Shown here: piece after piece, positions 19,530 to 30,469 of the stretch
How positions within the stretch are numbered: position 1 is the stretch's first letter
Layout of the letters: every line of letters starts with the position of its first letter
NCBI GenBank assembly: GCA_002408285.1
Contig: DHRG01000026.1
Coordinates: forward strand, 20,460-84,459
DNA from: Peptococcaceae bacterium UBA5318
Lineage (GTDB): Bacteria > Bacillota > Peptococcia > DRI-13 > UBA5318
Direction: 5' to 3'
Length of the DNA: 64,000 nt
Notes under the pieces: model-generated
What the model was told of the DNA's origin: nothing
Database searches by the model: none
Seen by the model: only the letters and a program-made list of their open reading frames with translations
Translations under genes and position numbers: made by a program

Positions 19530-21104
19530 TTGTCCACAGGGACTAAAGTGGCAAAAGCTGCCGGGATATTAATGGCCGCGACGGTTCTTTCCCGTTTCCT
19601 TGGTTATGTGCGGGATATGGTGATCTATGCCCAATTTGGTCAGAATAAGTTTACCGACGCCTATAATGCCGCATTTTCTATTCCGGATTTCTTATATTAT
19701 TTACTGGTGGGGGGGGCTTTAAGCGCGGCTTTTATACCTGTATTTTCCGGTTATATTGCTACCAGGAAGGAAGAAGACGCTTGGTATGTCGCCAGTACGG
19801 TTTTTAATATTATTATCATTCTGATGACAGCCGGGATTGTGGTTGGGAATATTTTTGCCACTCCTCTTATCCGTCTTTTGGTGCCGGGTTTCACTCCGGA
19901 TAATATTGATTTGACCGTGAAAATGACCCGGATTATGTTTTTCCAGACCTTTTTTATGGCTTTAAATGGGATAACCATGGGGATCCTGAATTCCTACCAA
20001 AAGTTTTTAGCCCCGGCCGTGGGATCGGTCATGTACAACCTGGGCATTATTGCGGTAGGCCTTGTTTTGAGCCCCTATCTGGGGATCACGGGATTTGCCG
20101 TTGGCGTGGTAGCCGGAGCTGTTTTCTACTTTGCGGTACAGTTTCCGGCTTTATGGAAGCTGGGGCTGCGCTACCATGCGGTCATAGACCTGAAGCATCC
20201 CGGAGTCCGAAGAGTCGGGGCTTTGGTCATGCCTGTGCTGATCGGACTATCGGTGGCCCAGTTCAACCTTTTTGTCAACCAGAACCTGGGTTCCAATCTT
20301 CCTGAAGGGATGCTTTCCGCCCTTAGAGCAGCCCAGCGGGTCATGCAGCTCCCGATCGGCATCTTTGCCGTAGCCATAGCGGTAGCCCTTTTTCCCACGC
20401 TGACGGGGTTGGCCGCGCGTCAGGAAACAGGGGTATTTAAAAAGTCCATGTCCCTGGGGGTCCGCACCATTATTTTTATTACGCTTCCCTCCGCCATAGG
20501 GCTTATCGCCCTTCGGGTCCCCGTAATACGGCTGCTTTTTCAGCAGGGTAAATTCACACCGGAGGATACGCAGGCCACTGCTTATGCCTTATTGTTTTAT
20601 TGTTTTGGACTTATCGGCTATTCGGCCATCCAGCTCCTAAACCGTGTGTTTTATGCTCTTCAGGACACCAGGACGCCTGTTGTGGTAGGGATCTTTACGA
20701 TCATTGTCAACATTGTCCTGAACTTTCTTCTGATCGGGCCTCTGGGGCATGGAGGGCTTGCCTTGGCCTATTCCCTGGCGGGCCTCGTCAATATGATAGG
20801 GCTTTTATATATTTTACGAAAGAAAATCGGTTCGATAGACGGGAAAAAAATGCTGATTTCCTTTCTGCAAACCCTGGGGGTTTCCCTGACCATGGGCCTG
20901 GCAGCTTTTCAAACAGCCCGGATCATAGAGCATTTAGTGAATACCGGAAGCAAAGCAGGCCAGCTTATCCAGGTAGGGGGCGGTATAACAGTGGGCGTAG
21001 TGGTGTTTTTCGTGCTGGTGCTGCTTTTGAAAATGGAGGAAGGGCAAATGGCAAAAACCCTGTTTCTCAAAAGGCTGCGCCGTCAGCGTTCATCTGATGG
21101 CTAG
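19530..21104 (+). CDS. murJ: lipid II flippase MurJ/MviN
   Basis: 524-aa polytopic MOP-superfamily protein with the N-terminal RFLGYVRDMVIYAQFG motif. Confidence 0.85.
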   Translation: MSTGTKVAKAAGILMAATVLSRFLGYVRDMVIYAQFGQNKFTDAYNAAFSIPDFLYYLLVGGALSAAFIPVFSGYIATRKEEDAWYVASTVFNIIIILMTAGIVVGNIFATPLIRLLVPGFTPDNIDLTVKMTRIMFFQTFFMALNGITMGILNSYQKFLAPAVGSVMYNLGIIAVGLVLSPYLGITGFAVGVVAGAVFYFAVQFPALWKLGLRYHAVIDLKHPGVRRVGALVMPVLIGLSVAQFNLFVNQNLGSNLPEGMLSALRAAQRVMQLPIGIFAVAIAVALFPTLTGLAARQETGVFKKSMSLGVRTIIFITLPSAIGLIALRVPVIRLLFQQGKFTPEDTQATAYALLFYCFGLIGYSAIQLLNRVFYALQDTRTPVVVGIFTIIVNIVLNFLLIGPLGHGGLALAYSLAGLVNMIGLLYILRKKIGSIDGKKMLISFLQTLGVSLTMGLAAFQTARIIEHLVNTGSKAGQLIQVGGGITVGVVVFFVLVLLLKMEEGQMAKTLFLKRLRRQRSSDG

Positions 21105-21196
21105 TGCGCTGGGGCCCTGTTAATAATTGCGGGAACGGACGCTTTTTTGATATACTTTTTTTGATATACTTAAGAAGTAGTTAGCGAGGGGAATTT

Positions 21197-22999
21197 ATGA
21201 GCCAAAAAAATATCCGCAACTTTAGCATTATTGCACATATAGACCACGGAAAATCAACCTTAGCCGACCGTCTTCTCGAATGTACGGGAGCCCTTTCAGC
21301 CCGCGAGATGAGCGAACAGGTTCTGGATCAGATGGATTTGGAAAGGGAGCGGGGTATTACCATCAAGCTGAAGGCGGTCCGGATGAATTATCACGCTGAA
21401 GACGGCGCGGAGTATCTTCTCAACCTGATTGATACCCCCGGCCATGTAGACTTTACTTACGAGGTGTCGCGTTCGTTGGCGGCTTGTGAGGGGGCTATTC
21501 TGGTGATAGACGCGTCCCAGGGTATTGAAGCGCAAACTTTAGCCAATGTTTATATGGCCTTAGAACACGACCTGGAAATTATTCCGGTAATCAACAAAAT
21601 AGATTTGCCCGGCGCCGAACCGGAACGGGTCATTCAGGAAATTGAAGATGTAATCGGGCTGGATTGCAGCGGGGCTATTTTGGCTTCCGCCAAAGATGGC
21701 ACGGGAGTACCGGAGATTCTGGAGGCTATTGTAAAAAAAGTGCCGCCGCCCCGGGGAAACGAGCAGGGTTCCTTAAAAGCCCTGATCTTTGACTGTCACT
21801 TCGATTCCTATAAAGGAGCCATTTCCTACATCAGGGTGGTGGACGGGTCCGTCAAAAAAGGCCTGAATATCCTGATGATGGCTACAGGAAAAACATTTGA
21901 GGTGACGGAAGTAGGAGTTTTTACCCCGTCAATGCGTATCGTGGACGAGCTGTCCGCCGGGATGGTGGGTTATCTGGCGGCCAGTATTAAAAACGTCAAA
22001 GACACGAGAGTGGGGGATACCGTGACCTCTGCGGAAAACCCGGTGCAGGAGCCTTTGCCGGGATACCGCGCGATCACGTCTATGGTTTTTTGCGGGCTTT
22101 ATCCGGTGGAAACAAATGAGTATGAGGATTTGAGAGATGCTCTGGAAAAACTGAAACTGAATGACGCTTCGCTGGTCTATGAGCCGGAAACATCAATAGC
22201 CTTGGGGTTTGGCTTCCGCTGCGGGTTTTTAGGTCTTTTGCATATGGAAATCGTGCAGGAACGCCTGGAACGCGAGTATAACCTGCAGCTCCTGACCACA
22301 GCCCCCAGTGTTGTCTATAAAGTGCGGAAGACGGACGGTGAAGTACTGGATATAGATAATCCGACAAAGCTGCCCCCGCTCCAGCAGATCGAAAGTATCT
22401 CGGAGCCTTATGTCAAAGCAATGGTCATGGTTCCCAGCACTCATGTGGGGCCCGTGATGGAATTGGCCCAAGATAAAAGAGGCGCCTATCTTGCCATGGA
22501 TTATCTTTCCGCCAACCGGGTCATGATTAAATATAACTTACCCTTGAGTGAGATCATTTTTGATTTTTTCGATCAACTGAAGTCCAGAACCCGGGGCTAT
22601 GCCTCGCTGGATTATGAACTGACCGGATATCAGGAGTCAGATTTGGTCAAGCTGGATGTTTTAGTCAATAATGAGATCGTGGACGCCTTGTCCTTTATCG
22701 TTCACCGGGAACGCGCTTATTTTCGCGGTAAGGCCCTGGTGGAAAAATTGCGCCGGCTTATTCCCCGTCAGATGTTTGAGGTGCCCATTCAGGCGGCGAT
22801 AGGCAATAAGGTGATCGCACGGGAAAACATCGCCGCCCTGCGCAAAAGTGTTTTAGATAAGTGTTACGGGGGGGATATCACCCGGAAGCGCAAATTGCTG
22901 GAAAAACAAAAAGAAGGCAAAAAACGGATGAAGCTGGTGGGAAGCGTGGAGATACCTCAGGAAGCTTTTATGGCCGTACTAAGCCTGGATGAGAAGTAA
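21197..22999 (+). CDS. lepA: translation elongation factor 4
   Basis: [29 protein letters not shown] and NKIDL GTPase motifs plus the LepA C-terminal domain. Confidence 0.97.
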   Translation: MSQKNIRNFSIIAHIDHGKSTLADRLLECTGALSAREMSEQVLDQMDLERERGITIKLKAVRMNYHAEDGAEYLLNLIDTPGHVDFTYEVSRSLAACEGAILVIDASQGIEAQTLANVYMALEHDLEIIPVINKIDLPGAEPERVIQEIEDVIGLDCSGAILASAKDGTGVPEILEAIVKKVPPPRGNEQGSLKALIFDCHFDSYKGAISYIRVVDGSVKKGLNILMMATGKTFEVTEVGVFTPSMRIVDELSAGMVGYLAASIKNVKDTRVGDTVTSAENPVQEPLPGYRAITSMVFCGLYPVETNEYEDLRDALEKLKLNDASLVYEPETSIALGFGFRCGFLGLLHMEIVQERLEREYNLQLLTTAPSVVYKVRKTDGEVLDIDNPTKLPPLQQIESISEPYVKAMVMVPSTHVGPVMELAQDKRGAYLAMDYLSANRVMIKYNLPLSEIIFDFFDQLKSRTRGYASLDYELTGYQESDLVKLDVLVNNEIVDALSFIVHRERAYFRGKALVEKLRRLIPRQMFEVPIQAAIGNKVIARENIAALRKSVLDKCYGGDITRKRKLLEKQKEGKKRMKLVGSVEIPQEAFMAVLSLDEK

Positions 23000-23000
23000 A

Positions 23001-24134
23001 ATGGAATTGGGAGTATATGTTCATATCCCTTTTTGTGCGGCAAAATGTAAGTACTGTGACTTTCTATCCTATCCTGGGCAAGGAAAGGCCAAAAAAGATG
23101 AATATCTGCATGCCCTGAGGGAGGAAACAAGGTTATATCTAAGGAATTTGCCCCGCTTCACGGTGACAAACTTCTATGTAGGAGGCGGTACGCCCACCTG
23201 TTTGTCAGGTGGGCAGCTTTTTCTTCTGCTGGATTTTCTGGGCGGGCTTTTGCAACCGGCAGCCGGCGCGGAAATTACGATAGAAGCAAATCCCGCTACG
23301 CTGGATCGGGAAAAACTGCGGGCGCTGAAAAAAGGCGGCTGTACCCGTCTTTCTTTAGGGGTGCAAAGCTTTCATGACGGCGAACTGCATAGTTTAGGCC
23401 GTATACACTCCCGGCAAGACGTATATAATACATACAAACTGGCGCGTCGGATGGGGTTTTCCAATATCAGCCTCGATTTGATGTACGGGCTTCCCGGACA
23501 GGAGCCGGCCGGCTGGCGGGAGAGCTTACGGGAAGCCGTGGGCTTAGAACCTGACCATCTATCTTTGTATCAACTGGCTATTGAGCCTGGAACGCCCTTT
23601 TACGATGAATTTAAACAGGGGCTTCTTCAAGAGTTTGAGCAGGATAGGGCCGGGGAGATGTACGAAGAGGCGATCGGGTTTCTTGCGGCCCAAGGGTTCC
23701 ATCATTATGAGATCAGTAATTTTGCCCGCCGGGGCTGTGAGAGCAAGCATAACCAAATGTACTGGCAGAACCGGGAATACCTTGGTCTGGGGGCCGGCGC
23801 CGCGGGGTATCTGCAAGGGGTCCGTTATACCAATCAAAAAAACCTGGCTGCTTACAGTGAGATGGTTGCTCAAGGGGTGTATCCCATCGGGGAAAAAGAA
23901 AAAATCAGTACAGAATTGGCGATGAGGGAATTTATGTTTTTAGGTCTGCGTCTTTTAGCGGGAGTAGATAAAAACAGTTTCCAGGAACGTTATGGAATTA
24001 CCCTGCAGGAGCGTTTCGGAAAAGTCATTCAGCCGCTCAAAGCGCACGGTCTTCTCCAGGAAGGAGAAAACAGCCTCTCATTGACCCGCCGGGGGTTATA
24101 TATTGCGAATGAGGTTTTTATGGCGTTTCTTTGA
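23001..24134 (+). CDS. hemW: radical SAM heme chaperone HemW (HemN-like)
   Basis: CxxxCxxC (FCAAKCKYCDF) and a HemN_C-type C-terminus. Start at MELGVYVHIPFC. Confidence 0.85.
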   Translation: MELGVYVHIPFCAAKCKYCDFLSYPGQGKAKKDEYLHALREETRLYLRNLPRFTVTNFYVGGGTPTCLSGGQLFLLLDFLGGLLQPAAGAEITIEANPATLDREKLRALKKGGCTRLSLGVQSFHDGELHSLGRIHSRQDVYNTYKLARRMGFSNISLDLMYGLPGQEPAGWRESLREAVGLEPDHLSLYQLAIEPGTPFYDEFKQGLLQEFEQDRAGEMYEEAIGFLAAQGFHHYEISNFARRGCESKHNQMYWQNREYLGLGAGAAGYLQGVRYTNQKNLAAYSEMVAQGVYPIGEKEKISTELAMREFMFLGLRLLAGVDKNSFQERYGITLQERFGKVIQPLKAHGLLQEGENSLSLTRRGLYIANEVFMAFL

Positions 24135-24145
24135 TATATCGGAAG

Positions 24146-24174
24146 TTGACAAAAAAAAGCCCCGGTGGTATTTT
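24146..24174 (+). promoter_or_regulatory. putative sigma-A promoter of the hrcA operon
   Basis: TTGACA (24146-24151), 17-nt spacer, TATTTT, followed by CIRCE. Confidence 0.4.
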
Positions 24175-24187
24175 TAAAGAGAATACT

Positions 24188-24214
24188 TTAGCACTCAAAA
24201 GAGGCGAGTGCTAA
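24188..24214. promoter_or_regulatory. CIRCE operator (HrcA binding site)
   Basis: TTAGCACTC-N9-GAGTGCTAA, a perfect match to the CIRCE consensus. Confidence 0.95.
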
Positions 24215-24228
24215 CAAGAGGTGGAAGC

Positions 24229-25254
24229 ATGGCCATGGATGAACGAAAACGCAGAGTATTACAGGCTATCATCCTAGATTACATTGCTACCGCAGATCCA
24301 GTCGGCTCTCGTACGATAGCCAAAAAATACAATTTAGGAGTGAGTCCGGCTACTGTCCGGAACGAAATGGCCGATTTGGAGGAAATGGGTCTGATTGAGC
24401 AACCCCATACTTCGGCAGGAAGAATTCCTTCCCAATCCGGTTACCGTTATTATGTGGATTGTCTGATGGAAAAGGAACCCGTACGCAATGAAACAAGGGA
24501 GATGATTAGGGGTGCATTATTAAACAGGATGAGGGAAACAGAAGCTCTTATCCAAATGTCAGGCAAGCTCTTATCCCAGTTGACCAGTTATACGACGCTC
24601 GTATTGGCTCCTTCGATGGGCCAAAACACATTAAGGCATATTCAGTTTTTACCGGTGGAACGCGAGAAAGCGGTTATGGTGATCGTGCTGGATAACGGAC
24701 ATGTGGAACACCGCCTGATTGAAGCGCCGGAGGGCTTAAACGAAGAGGATTTTCATTCCATTTCCCAATTATTGAACCAACACATACGGGGATTATCCCT
24801 GGAAAACTGGCGGGCCAGTGTGATGCAAACTATTTATCGGGATCTGGATTATCATAGGGATCTATTGGGGAAATTTATCGCGCAGGTAGAGAACTCTTTA
24901 CTGGTAGGGCAGGATCAGAAGGTATATTTGGGGGGCGCCCTTAATATTTTGAACCAGCCGGAGTTTAAGGATATTGATAAAGTTAAGACTCTGATGGAAT
25001 TGTTGGAAGAAGAAAGCTTGATGAAAGAAGTTCTTAGTCCTACGGACGAAGACGGGGTAACGGTGCGTATCGGTACGGAAAATATGTATGAGGGCCTGAA
25101 GGATTGCAGTTTGATTACGGCCACATACCGGTTTGATGGGAAGATAATCGGAACTTTAGGGGTTTTGGGGCCGACCCGGATGGAGTATTCCAAAGCCATC
25201 AGCGTTCTGGATTTTTTGACGAAAGCTTTATCAGAAGGGCTGAATAAGTTATAG
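24229..25254 (+). CDS. hrcA: heat-inducible transcription repressor HrcA
   Basis: MAMDERKRRVLQAIILDYIATADPVGSRTIAKKY... Start placed after CIRCE, because the ORF-track start at 24208 lies inside the operator. Confidence 0.92.
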   Translation: MAMDERKRRVLQAIILDYIATADPVGSRTIAKKYNLGVSPATVRNEMADLEEMGLIEQPHTSAGRIPSQSGYRYYVDCLMEKEPVRNETREMIRGALLNRMRETEALIQMSGKLLSQLTSYTTLVLAPSMGQNTLRHIQFLPVEREKAVMVIVLDNGHVEHRLIEAPEGLNEEDFHSISQLLNQHIRGLSLENWRASVMQTIYRDLDYHRDLLGKFIAQVENSLLVGQDQKVYLGGALNILNQPEFKDIDKVKTLMELLEEESLMKEVLSPTDEDGVTVRIGTENMYEGLKDCSLITATYRFDGKIIGTLGVLGPTRMEYSKAISVLDFLTKALSEGLNKL

Positions 25255-25266
25255 GAGGCTATCTGG

Positions 25267-26838
25267 ATGAGTATAAAACAGCAAGCTGCCCAAAACTCAG
25301 AAGTAGATGAGAGTATGGCTGCTTTATTGACGAATGCCAATGCCATCCGGGCTATAGCCCAGGCAGTGGAAGGGACTATCGGGCCGAAAGGGCTGGATAC
25401 CATGCTGGTGGATCAGTTTGGTGAGGTAGTTATCACCAATGATGGCGTAACCATCTTGGATATGATGGATATCAACCACCCAGCCGCGCGTATGCTGATC
25501 AAGATAGCCAAAGCCCAACAGGAAGAGGTCGGCGATGGCACGACGACCGCCACTATTATGGCCGGCTCCTTGGTAAACGGAGGTGTGGAGCAGGTTATAA
25601 AAGGAGTTCCGGTGGTCAAGGTCATAGAAGGGATAAAAAACGGGATACATAAGGCCTTAGCTGTGTTGACAGATAAGACACGCAAGATCAGGGACCTCGA
25701 TGATCCGGTCCTGCAGAACGTAGCGCTGGTTGCCAGCAGGGAAAATAAGGATATTGCCGAGCTGGCTGTACAGGCGGCAAAGCTAATGGGTAAAGAGAAG
25801 CTGGCTGATCCTGTTTTCAAATTGGCCGGTATTGTCCGGGCTCAAGCCGGAGCTCAAAACCAGGTGGTTTCAGGGGTGATTCTGGATAAAGAACCCCTCA
25901 ATGCTGAAATGCCCAAAAGGTTGACCCCGCTCAAGGTTTTAGCGCTGGATGACGCTTTGGAGCCGGAAGAACTTGGGGATGAAGCCCTGGCTACAGAAGC
26001 AGGGTTTACCCGGTATCTTCAATATCAGGAAGAGTTTAAGCAGAATGTTAAAAAAATAACGGAATTAGGGGTCAATCTGGTTCTGGTAGACCGTGGGGTC
26101 CATGAAGCCGCAGAGGAAATCCTGACCGACGCTCAAGTGATGGTTCTGAGCCGGGTAGCCAACAAAGAACTGCGGCTGGCCGCCGAGCTTACGGGGGCTA
26201 AACCCATCAAAAGAACAGGGCTTAAAAAAGACCGGGAGGACCTCATGAAATACCTGGGTGAGGCCCGGGAAGCTTATCTTGATGAGAAATTAAAACATGT
26301 GCGGATCCTGGATGGCCGGGGAAAAGCCCTGGCGACTCTCCTGGTGGGAGCTTCCACCGAGGAAGTGGTAGGCGAGCGGGAGCGGATCGCCAAAGACGCC
26401 GCCTCGGCTGTGCAGGCAGCTATCCAGGGCGGCATTGTACCGGGGGGCGGCACAGTGGAATTAGCCATTGCCCGGTACGTGGAGGAAGCCCGTAAAGAGG
26501 TAAGAGGTATGGCTGCATATGGAATGGATTGTGTAATAGACGCCTTAAAGAAACCCTTTTCCCAGATCGTTTTGAACGCCGGTTTTAATCCCCTGGAAAA
26601 ATTGGGCGATGTCACGGCTGCGCAGGTAGAAAGCGGGCTCGATTCCTTAGGGATCGACTGCGATACCGGGGAAGTCGCCGATATGTTTAAAAAAGGCGTC
26701 TTTGATCCAACCTTGGTTAAGAAATACGCTTTACAAGCTGCCGGGGAAGTTGCTGAGGCGATTTTACGTATCGACACCATTATTAAAAAGAAAGAAAGAA
26801 ATAGCGAGGAGAGATCCGCGCTGGAAAAATTTGAATAG
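25267..26838 (+). CDS. thermosome-like (group II/III, archaeal-type) chaperonin subunit
   Basis: Thermosome/CCT signatures rather than GroEL: GPKGLDTMLVD, ITNDGVTILDMMD, EVGDGTTTATIMAG, VPGGGTVE. 523 aa. Confidence 0.88.
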   Translation: MSIKQQAAQNSEVDESMAALLTNANAIRAIAQAVEGTIGPKGLDTMLVDQFGEVVITNDGVTILDMMDINHPAARMLIKIAKAQQEEVGDGTTTATIMAGSLVNGGVEQVIKGVPVVKVIEGIKNGIHKALAVLTDKTRKIRDLDDPVLQNVALVASRENKDIAELAVQAAKLMGKEKLADPVFKLAGIVRAQAGAQNQVVSGVILDKEPLNAEMPKRLTPLKVLALDDALEPEELGDEALATEAGFTRYLQYQEEFKQNVKKITELGVNLVLVDRGVHEAAEEILTDAQVMVLSRVANKELRLAAELTGAKPIKRTGLKKDREDLMKYLGEAREAYLDEKLKHVRILDGRGKALATLLVGASTEEVVGERERIAKDAASAVQAAIQGGIVPGGGTVELAIARYVEEARKEVRGMAAYGMDCVIDALKKPFSQIVLNAGFNPLEKLGDVTAAQVESGLDSLGIDCDTGEVADMFKKGVFDPTLVKKYALQAAGEVAEAILRIDTIIKKKERNSEERSALEKFE

Positions 26839-26852
26839 GTGGTGGCTTGAAT

Positions 26853-27434
26853 ATGGAAGAACAAATCAATGAAAGGGAAGAAAGGGAAGAAAGAAAAGAA
26901 AGGGAAGAAATGGGAGAAAGAGAAGAAAGAGAATTTGAAAACGGGGCTGAAACACAACCGCTTTTGAGCCAGAAGGAGAAAGAGTTAGCGGAAGCCACAG
27001 ACAAGCTCTTGCGGCTTCACGCTGATTTTGATAATTTCCGTAAAAGGATGGGCAAAGAAAAAGAAGAGTGGTATCGCTATGCTTCTCAGGAGATAGTAGA
27101 AAAGCTCCTGCCCATGATCGATAATTTTGACCGGGCTCTTGCCGCAATCGAGCAAGGAAATCCCGAAGTGCGCAACGTCTTTTCAGGAGTTGTCATGATC
27201 CATCGCCAACTGGTGGATATTCTCCAGGGCGAGGGGCTGGAAGCCTTGGAAGCGGTGGGGAAGGAGTTTGATCCGCTGCAGCAGGAAGCCATGCAACTGG
27301 TACAGGCTGAGGAAGGCCAGGAGGATAACCAGGTGGTGGAAGAATTGCGCAAAGGTTACCGCTTCAAGGATAAGATCATCAGACCAACATTGGTCAAGGT
27401 AGCGAAAAAATCCGAGGATTTAAAGGAGGAATAG
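26853..27434 (+). CDS. grpE: nucleotide exchange factor GrpE
   Basis: GrpE core (LLRLHADFDNFRKR...GYRFKDKIIRPTLVKV), preceded by an E/R-rich repeat extension. Confidence 0.92.
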   Translation: MEEQINEREEREERKEREEMGEREEREFENGAETQPLLSQKEKELAEATDKLLRLHADFDNFRKRMGKEKEEWYRYASQEIVEKLLPMIDNFDRALAAIEQGNPEVRNVFSGVVMIHRQLVDILQGEGLEALEAVGKEFDPLQQEAMQLVQAEEGQEDNQVVEELRKGYRFKDKIIRPTLVKVAKKSEDLKEE

Positions 27435-27437
27435 AAT

Positions 27438-29270
27438 ATGGCTAAGGTAATTGGTATTGACCTGGGGACAACAAACTCGTGTGTAGCTGTGATGGAAGGC
27501 GGAGAAGCAGTCGTTATTCCCAATTCAGAGGGGAGCAGAACCACGTCCTCTGTTGTTTCTTTTTCTAAAAGCGGGGAGCGTCTGGTAGGGCAGGTAGCCA
27601 AACGCCAGGCAATCACGAATTCCGAACGCACCATTCAGTCGATCAAACGCCACATGGGGACGAACCACACGGTTAAGATAGATGACAAGGTATATACGCC
27701 CCAGGAAATATCCGCCATGATTTTGCAAAAGCTGAAAACAGACGCGGAAGCATATCTGGGGCAAAAAGTGACCCAGGCGGTTATCACTGTCCCGGCTTAT
27801 TTTAATGATTCCCAGCGTCAGGCCACTAAGGACGCCGGTAAAATTGCCGGTCTGGAAGTACTGCGGATCATCAACGAACCGACGGCGGCTGCGTTAGCTT
27901 ATGGCGTGGATAAAGAAGGAGGCCAGACCATCTTAGTCTATGACCTGGGCGGGGGTACTTTTGACGTTTCCATCCTGGAATTGGGCGACGGCGTCTTTGA
28001 GGTCAAAGCCACCAGCGGCAACAACCGTCTGGGCGGCGATGATTTTGACGAACGTGTCATCAATTGGATGAGTGATGAATTTAAGAAACAAACCGGGGTT
28101 GATCTGAAAAATGATAAAATGGCTCTTCAGCGCATGAAAGAAGCTGCCGAAAAAGCTAAACTCGAGCTTTCTTCCGTCTTGTCCACCAACATCAACTTGC
28201 CGTTTGTTACGGCAACGGCCCAGGGTCCTTTACACCTGGAATTGAATTTGACCCGCGCGAAGTTTAATGAGTTGACGGCGGATCTGGTCGAAATGACCAT
28301 CGGACCTACCCGTCAGGCTCTTAAAGACGCCGGATTGGATACCAACCAAATCGACAAGGTCCTCTTAGTGGGCGGTTCGAGCCGTACTCCGGCTGTGCAG
28401 GACGCTATCCGGAACTTATTGGGCAAAGAGCCTTTTAAGGGGATCAATCCTGATGAATGCGTGGCCCTTGGCGCAGCTATCCAGGCGGGTGTGCTGGTAG
28501 GCGAAGTTAAGGATGTTTTGCTTCTGGACGTAACCCCCCTTTCTTTAGGGATTGAAACTCTAGGCGGTATCTTTACCCGGTTGATTGACCGCAATACCAC
28601 TATCCCTACTTCCAAGAGCCAGGTATTTTCCACGGCCGCCGACAATCAAACCTCAGTGGAAATCCATGTTCTCCAAGGGGAACGGGATATGGCTTCTTAT
28701 AATAAGACCCTGGGACGTTTCCAATTGACCGGGATCCCGCCGGCTCCCAGAGGAGTGCCTCAGATCGAGGTTAAATTTGATATTGACGCTAATGGTATCG
28801 TCAATGTGTCGGCCAAAGATATGGGAACCGGGAAGGAACAAAAGATCACCATCACCGGCTCCACCGGCCTGGCGAAGGACGAGATCGAGCGTATGGTGAA
28901 AGAAGCCAGTGAGTTTTCGGCAGATGACAAAAAGCGTAAGGAAGAGATCGAGGTTAAGAACCAGGCCGATAATCTCATCTATCAGACGGAAAAAACTTTA
29001 AAAGAGGCCGGGGATAAGGCGACCAGTGAAGAAAAAGAAAAAATAGAACAGGCCCTGGAAGCCCTCAAACAAGCCCTGCCCGGTGGGGATGCGGAGTCTA
29101 TTAAGAGTAAGTGTGAAGCGTTAACAACAGTTCTTTACCAGTTGACCTCCAAAATGTACCAGCAGGCTGAGCAAACGCAAAATCCGTCTGGCGAACCGGC
29201 GAACGAGTCTAAAAAAGATGGCGGCGATAACGTCGTTGATGCGGATTTTGAAGTGAAGGACGATAAATAA
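27438..29270 (+). CDS. dnaK: molecular chaperone DnaK (Hsp70)
   Basis: [17 protein letters not shown] and VLLVGGSSR signatures. Confidence 0.98.
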   Translation: MAKVIGIDLGTTNSCVAVMEGGEAVVIPNSEGSRTTSSVVSFSKSGERLVGQVAKRQAITNSERTIQSIKRHMGTNHTVKIDDKVYTPQEISAMILQKLKTDAEAYLGQKVTQAVITVPAYFNDSQRQATKDAGKIAGLEVLRIINEPTAAALAYGVDKEGGQTILVYDLGGGTFDVSILELGDGVFEVKATSGNNRLGGDDFDERVINWMSDEFKKQTGVDLKNDKMALQRMKEAAEKAKLELSSVLSTNINLPFVTATAQGPLHLELNLTRAKFNELTADLVEMTIGPTRQALKDAGLDTNQIDKVLLVGGSSRTPAVQDAIRNLLGKEPFKGINPDECVALGAAIQAGVLVGEVKDVLLLDVTPLSLGIETLGGIFTRLIDRNTTIPTSKSQVFSTAADNQTSVEIHVLQGERDMASYNKTLGRFQLTGIPPAPRGVPQIEVKFDIDANGIVNVSAKDMGTGKEQKITITGSTGLAKDEIERMVKEASEFSADDKKRKEEIEVKNQADNLIYQTEKTLKEAGDKATSEEKEKIEQALEALKQALPGGDAESIKSKCEALTTVLYQLTSKMYQQAEQTQNPSGEPANESKKDGGDNVVDADFEVKDDK

Positions 29271-29319
29271 GCCGCTAACATCAAACTCAAACGATTAATT
29301 AACAGTGGAGGGGTTATTG

Positions 29320-30459
29320 TTGGCCAAACGGGATTATTATGAGGTTTTAGGGGTCGAAAAAAACGCCTCTGAAGATGAGATAAAAAAGGCCTTTCGAAAG
29401 TTAGCCCGTCAGTATCACCCGGATGTAAATCCGGGTGATAAAAACGCCGAGGAAAAGTTCAAGGAGATCAACGAGGCTAATGAAGTATTGAGCGATCCGG
29501 ATAAAAGGCAGCGCTATGACCAGTTTGGGCATGCCGGCACCGACCCCGGCGGTTACGGGGGGTTTGGCGGGTTTGGACAAAGCGCCGACTTTGGCGGTTT
29601 CGGCGATATTTTTGATATGTTTTTTGGCGGGTCTGAGCGACGTTCCAATGGGCCTCAGCAGGGTTCCGACTTACGCATGGATCTGCAGCTGACCTTTGAG
29701 GAAGCCGCTTTTGGGATAGAAAAGGACATTGAACTGCCGCGCCTGGAAAACTGTTCCGCTTGCCGTGGAACAGGGGCCAAGGCGGGAACGCAGCCCGCCA
29801 GGTGTAAGAAATGTCAGGGTACGGGGCAAGTCCGCGTCACCCAGAAGACGCCGCTGGGTCATTTTCAGACCATTAAAACCTGCCCGGAATGTAACGGAAC
29901 GGGGCAAATCATTACTGCGCCCTGTCCGGAATGTTCAGGCAGGGGTAAGGTGAGAAAGACCCGTAAGCTTCACATTAAAATACCCGCCGGGGTAGATAAC
30001 GGGTCCCGGATCCGTTTATCCGGCGAAGGGGAGGCGGGGACAAAAGGAGGGCCGAGCGGCGACCTTTATGTTTATCTGGGGGTGAGCTCCCATAAGATCT
30101 TTGAACGGGACGGGGAGGATATCCTCATGGAGATGCCCATTACCTTTGTCCAGGCGGCTTTAGGCGATGAAATAAAGGTGCCGACTCTGCAAGGTTATGC
30201 CACTTTAAAAATACCGGAAGGAACCCAAACCCATACCGTGTTCCGTTTGCGCGGGCAGGGGATACCCCGTCTGCGGGGCGTTGGCAGAGGCGACCAGCAT
30301 GTGAAGATCGTAGTCGTCACGCCGAACAAACTGAACGAAGAGCAAAGGAAAATCTTGCGGGAGTTTTCCGCAAGCAGCGGACAGGATAATTACCGTTCCC
30401 AGGGGAAGGAAAGGGATAAAGGTATCTTCGAGAGGTTATGGGACGGTCTGAAAGGATAG
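29320..30459 (+). CDS. dnaJ: molecular chaperone DnaJ
   Basis: J-domain ([10 protein letters not shown]...HPD), a G/F region and four CxxCxGxG zinc motifs. The TTG start at 29320 follows GGAGGGG. Confidence 0.95.
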   Translation: MAKRDYYEVLGVEKNASEDEIKKAFRKLARQYHPDVNPGDKNAEEKFKEINEANEVLSDPDKRQRYDQFGHAGTDPGGYGGFGGFGQSADFGGFGDIFDMFFGGSERRSNGPQQGSDLRMDLQLTFEEAAFGIEKDIELPRLENCSACRGTGAKAGTQPARCKKCQGTGQVRVTQKTPLGHFQTIKTCPECNGTGQIITAPCPECSGRGKVRKTRKLHIKIPAGVDNGSRIRLSGEGEAGTKGGPSGDLYVYLGVSSHKIFERDGEDILMEMPITFVQAALGDEIKVPTLQGYATLKIPEGTQTHTVFRLRGQGIPRLRGVGRGDQHVKIVVVTPNKLNEEQRKILREFSASSGQDNYRSQGKERDKGIFERLWDGLKG

Positions 30460-30469
30460 GGGAAAAGGT

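Noticed and set aside
21143-21170. Tandem duplication TTTTTTGATATACT x2 upstream of lepA.
   Set aside because: It has only two copies and is AT-rich. The hexamer spacing does not give a sensible promoter, so it is probably a trivial slippage duplication.
26274-26957. Long antisense ORFs opposite well-supported genes, for example 26274-26957(-), 10895-11509(-), 18347-19000(-), 24915-25403(-), 40656-41267(-), 39946-40395(-) and 32237-32773(-).
   Set aside because: Each lies fully inside a strongly supported gene on the other strand. The translations are low-complexity (S/P/R/A-rich), and there are no RBSs or recognisable motifs. Such ORFs are expected in mid-to-high GC DNA.
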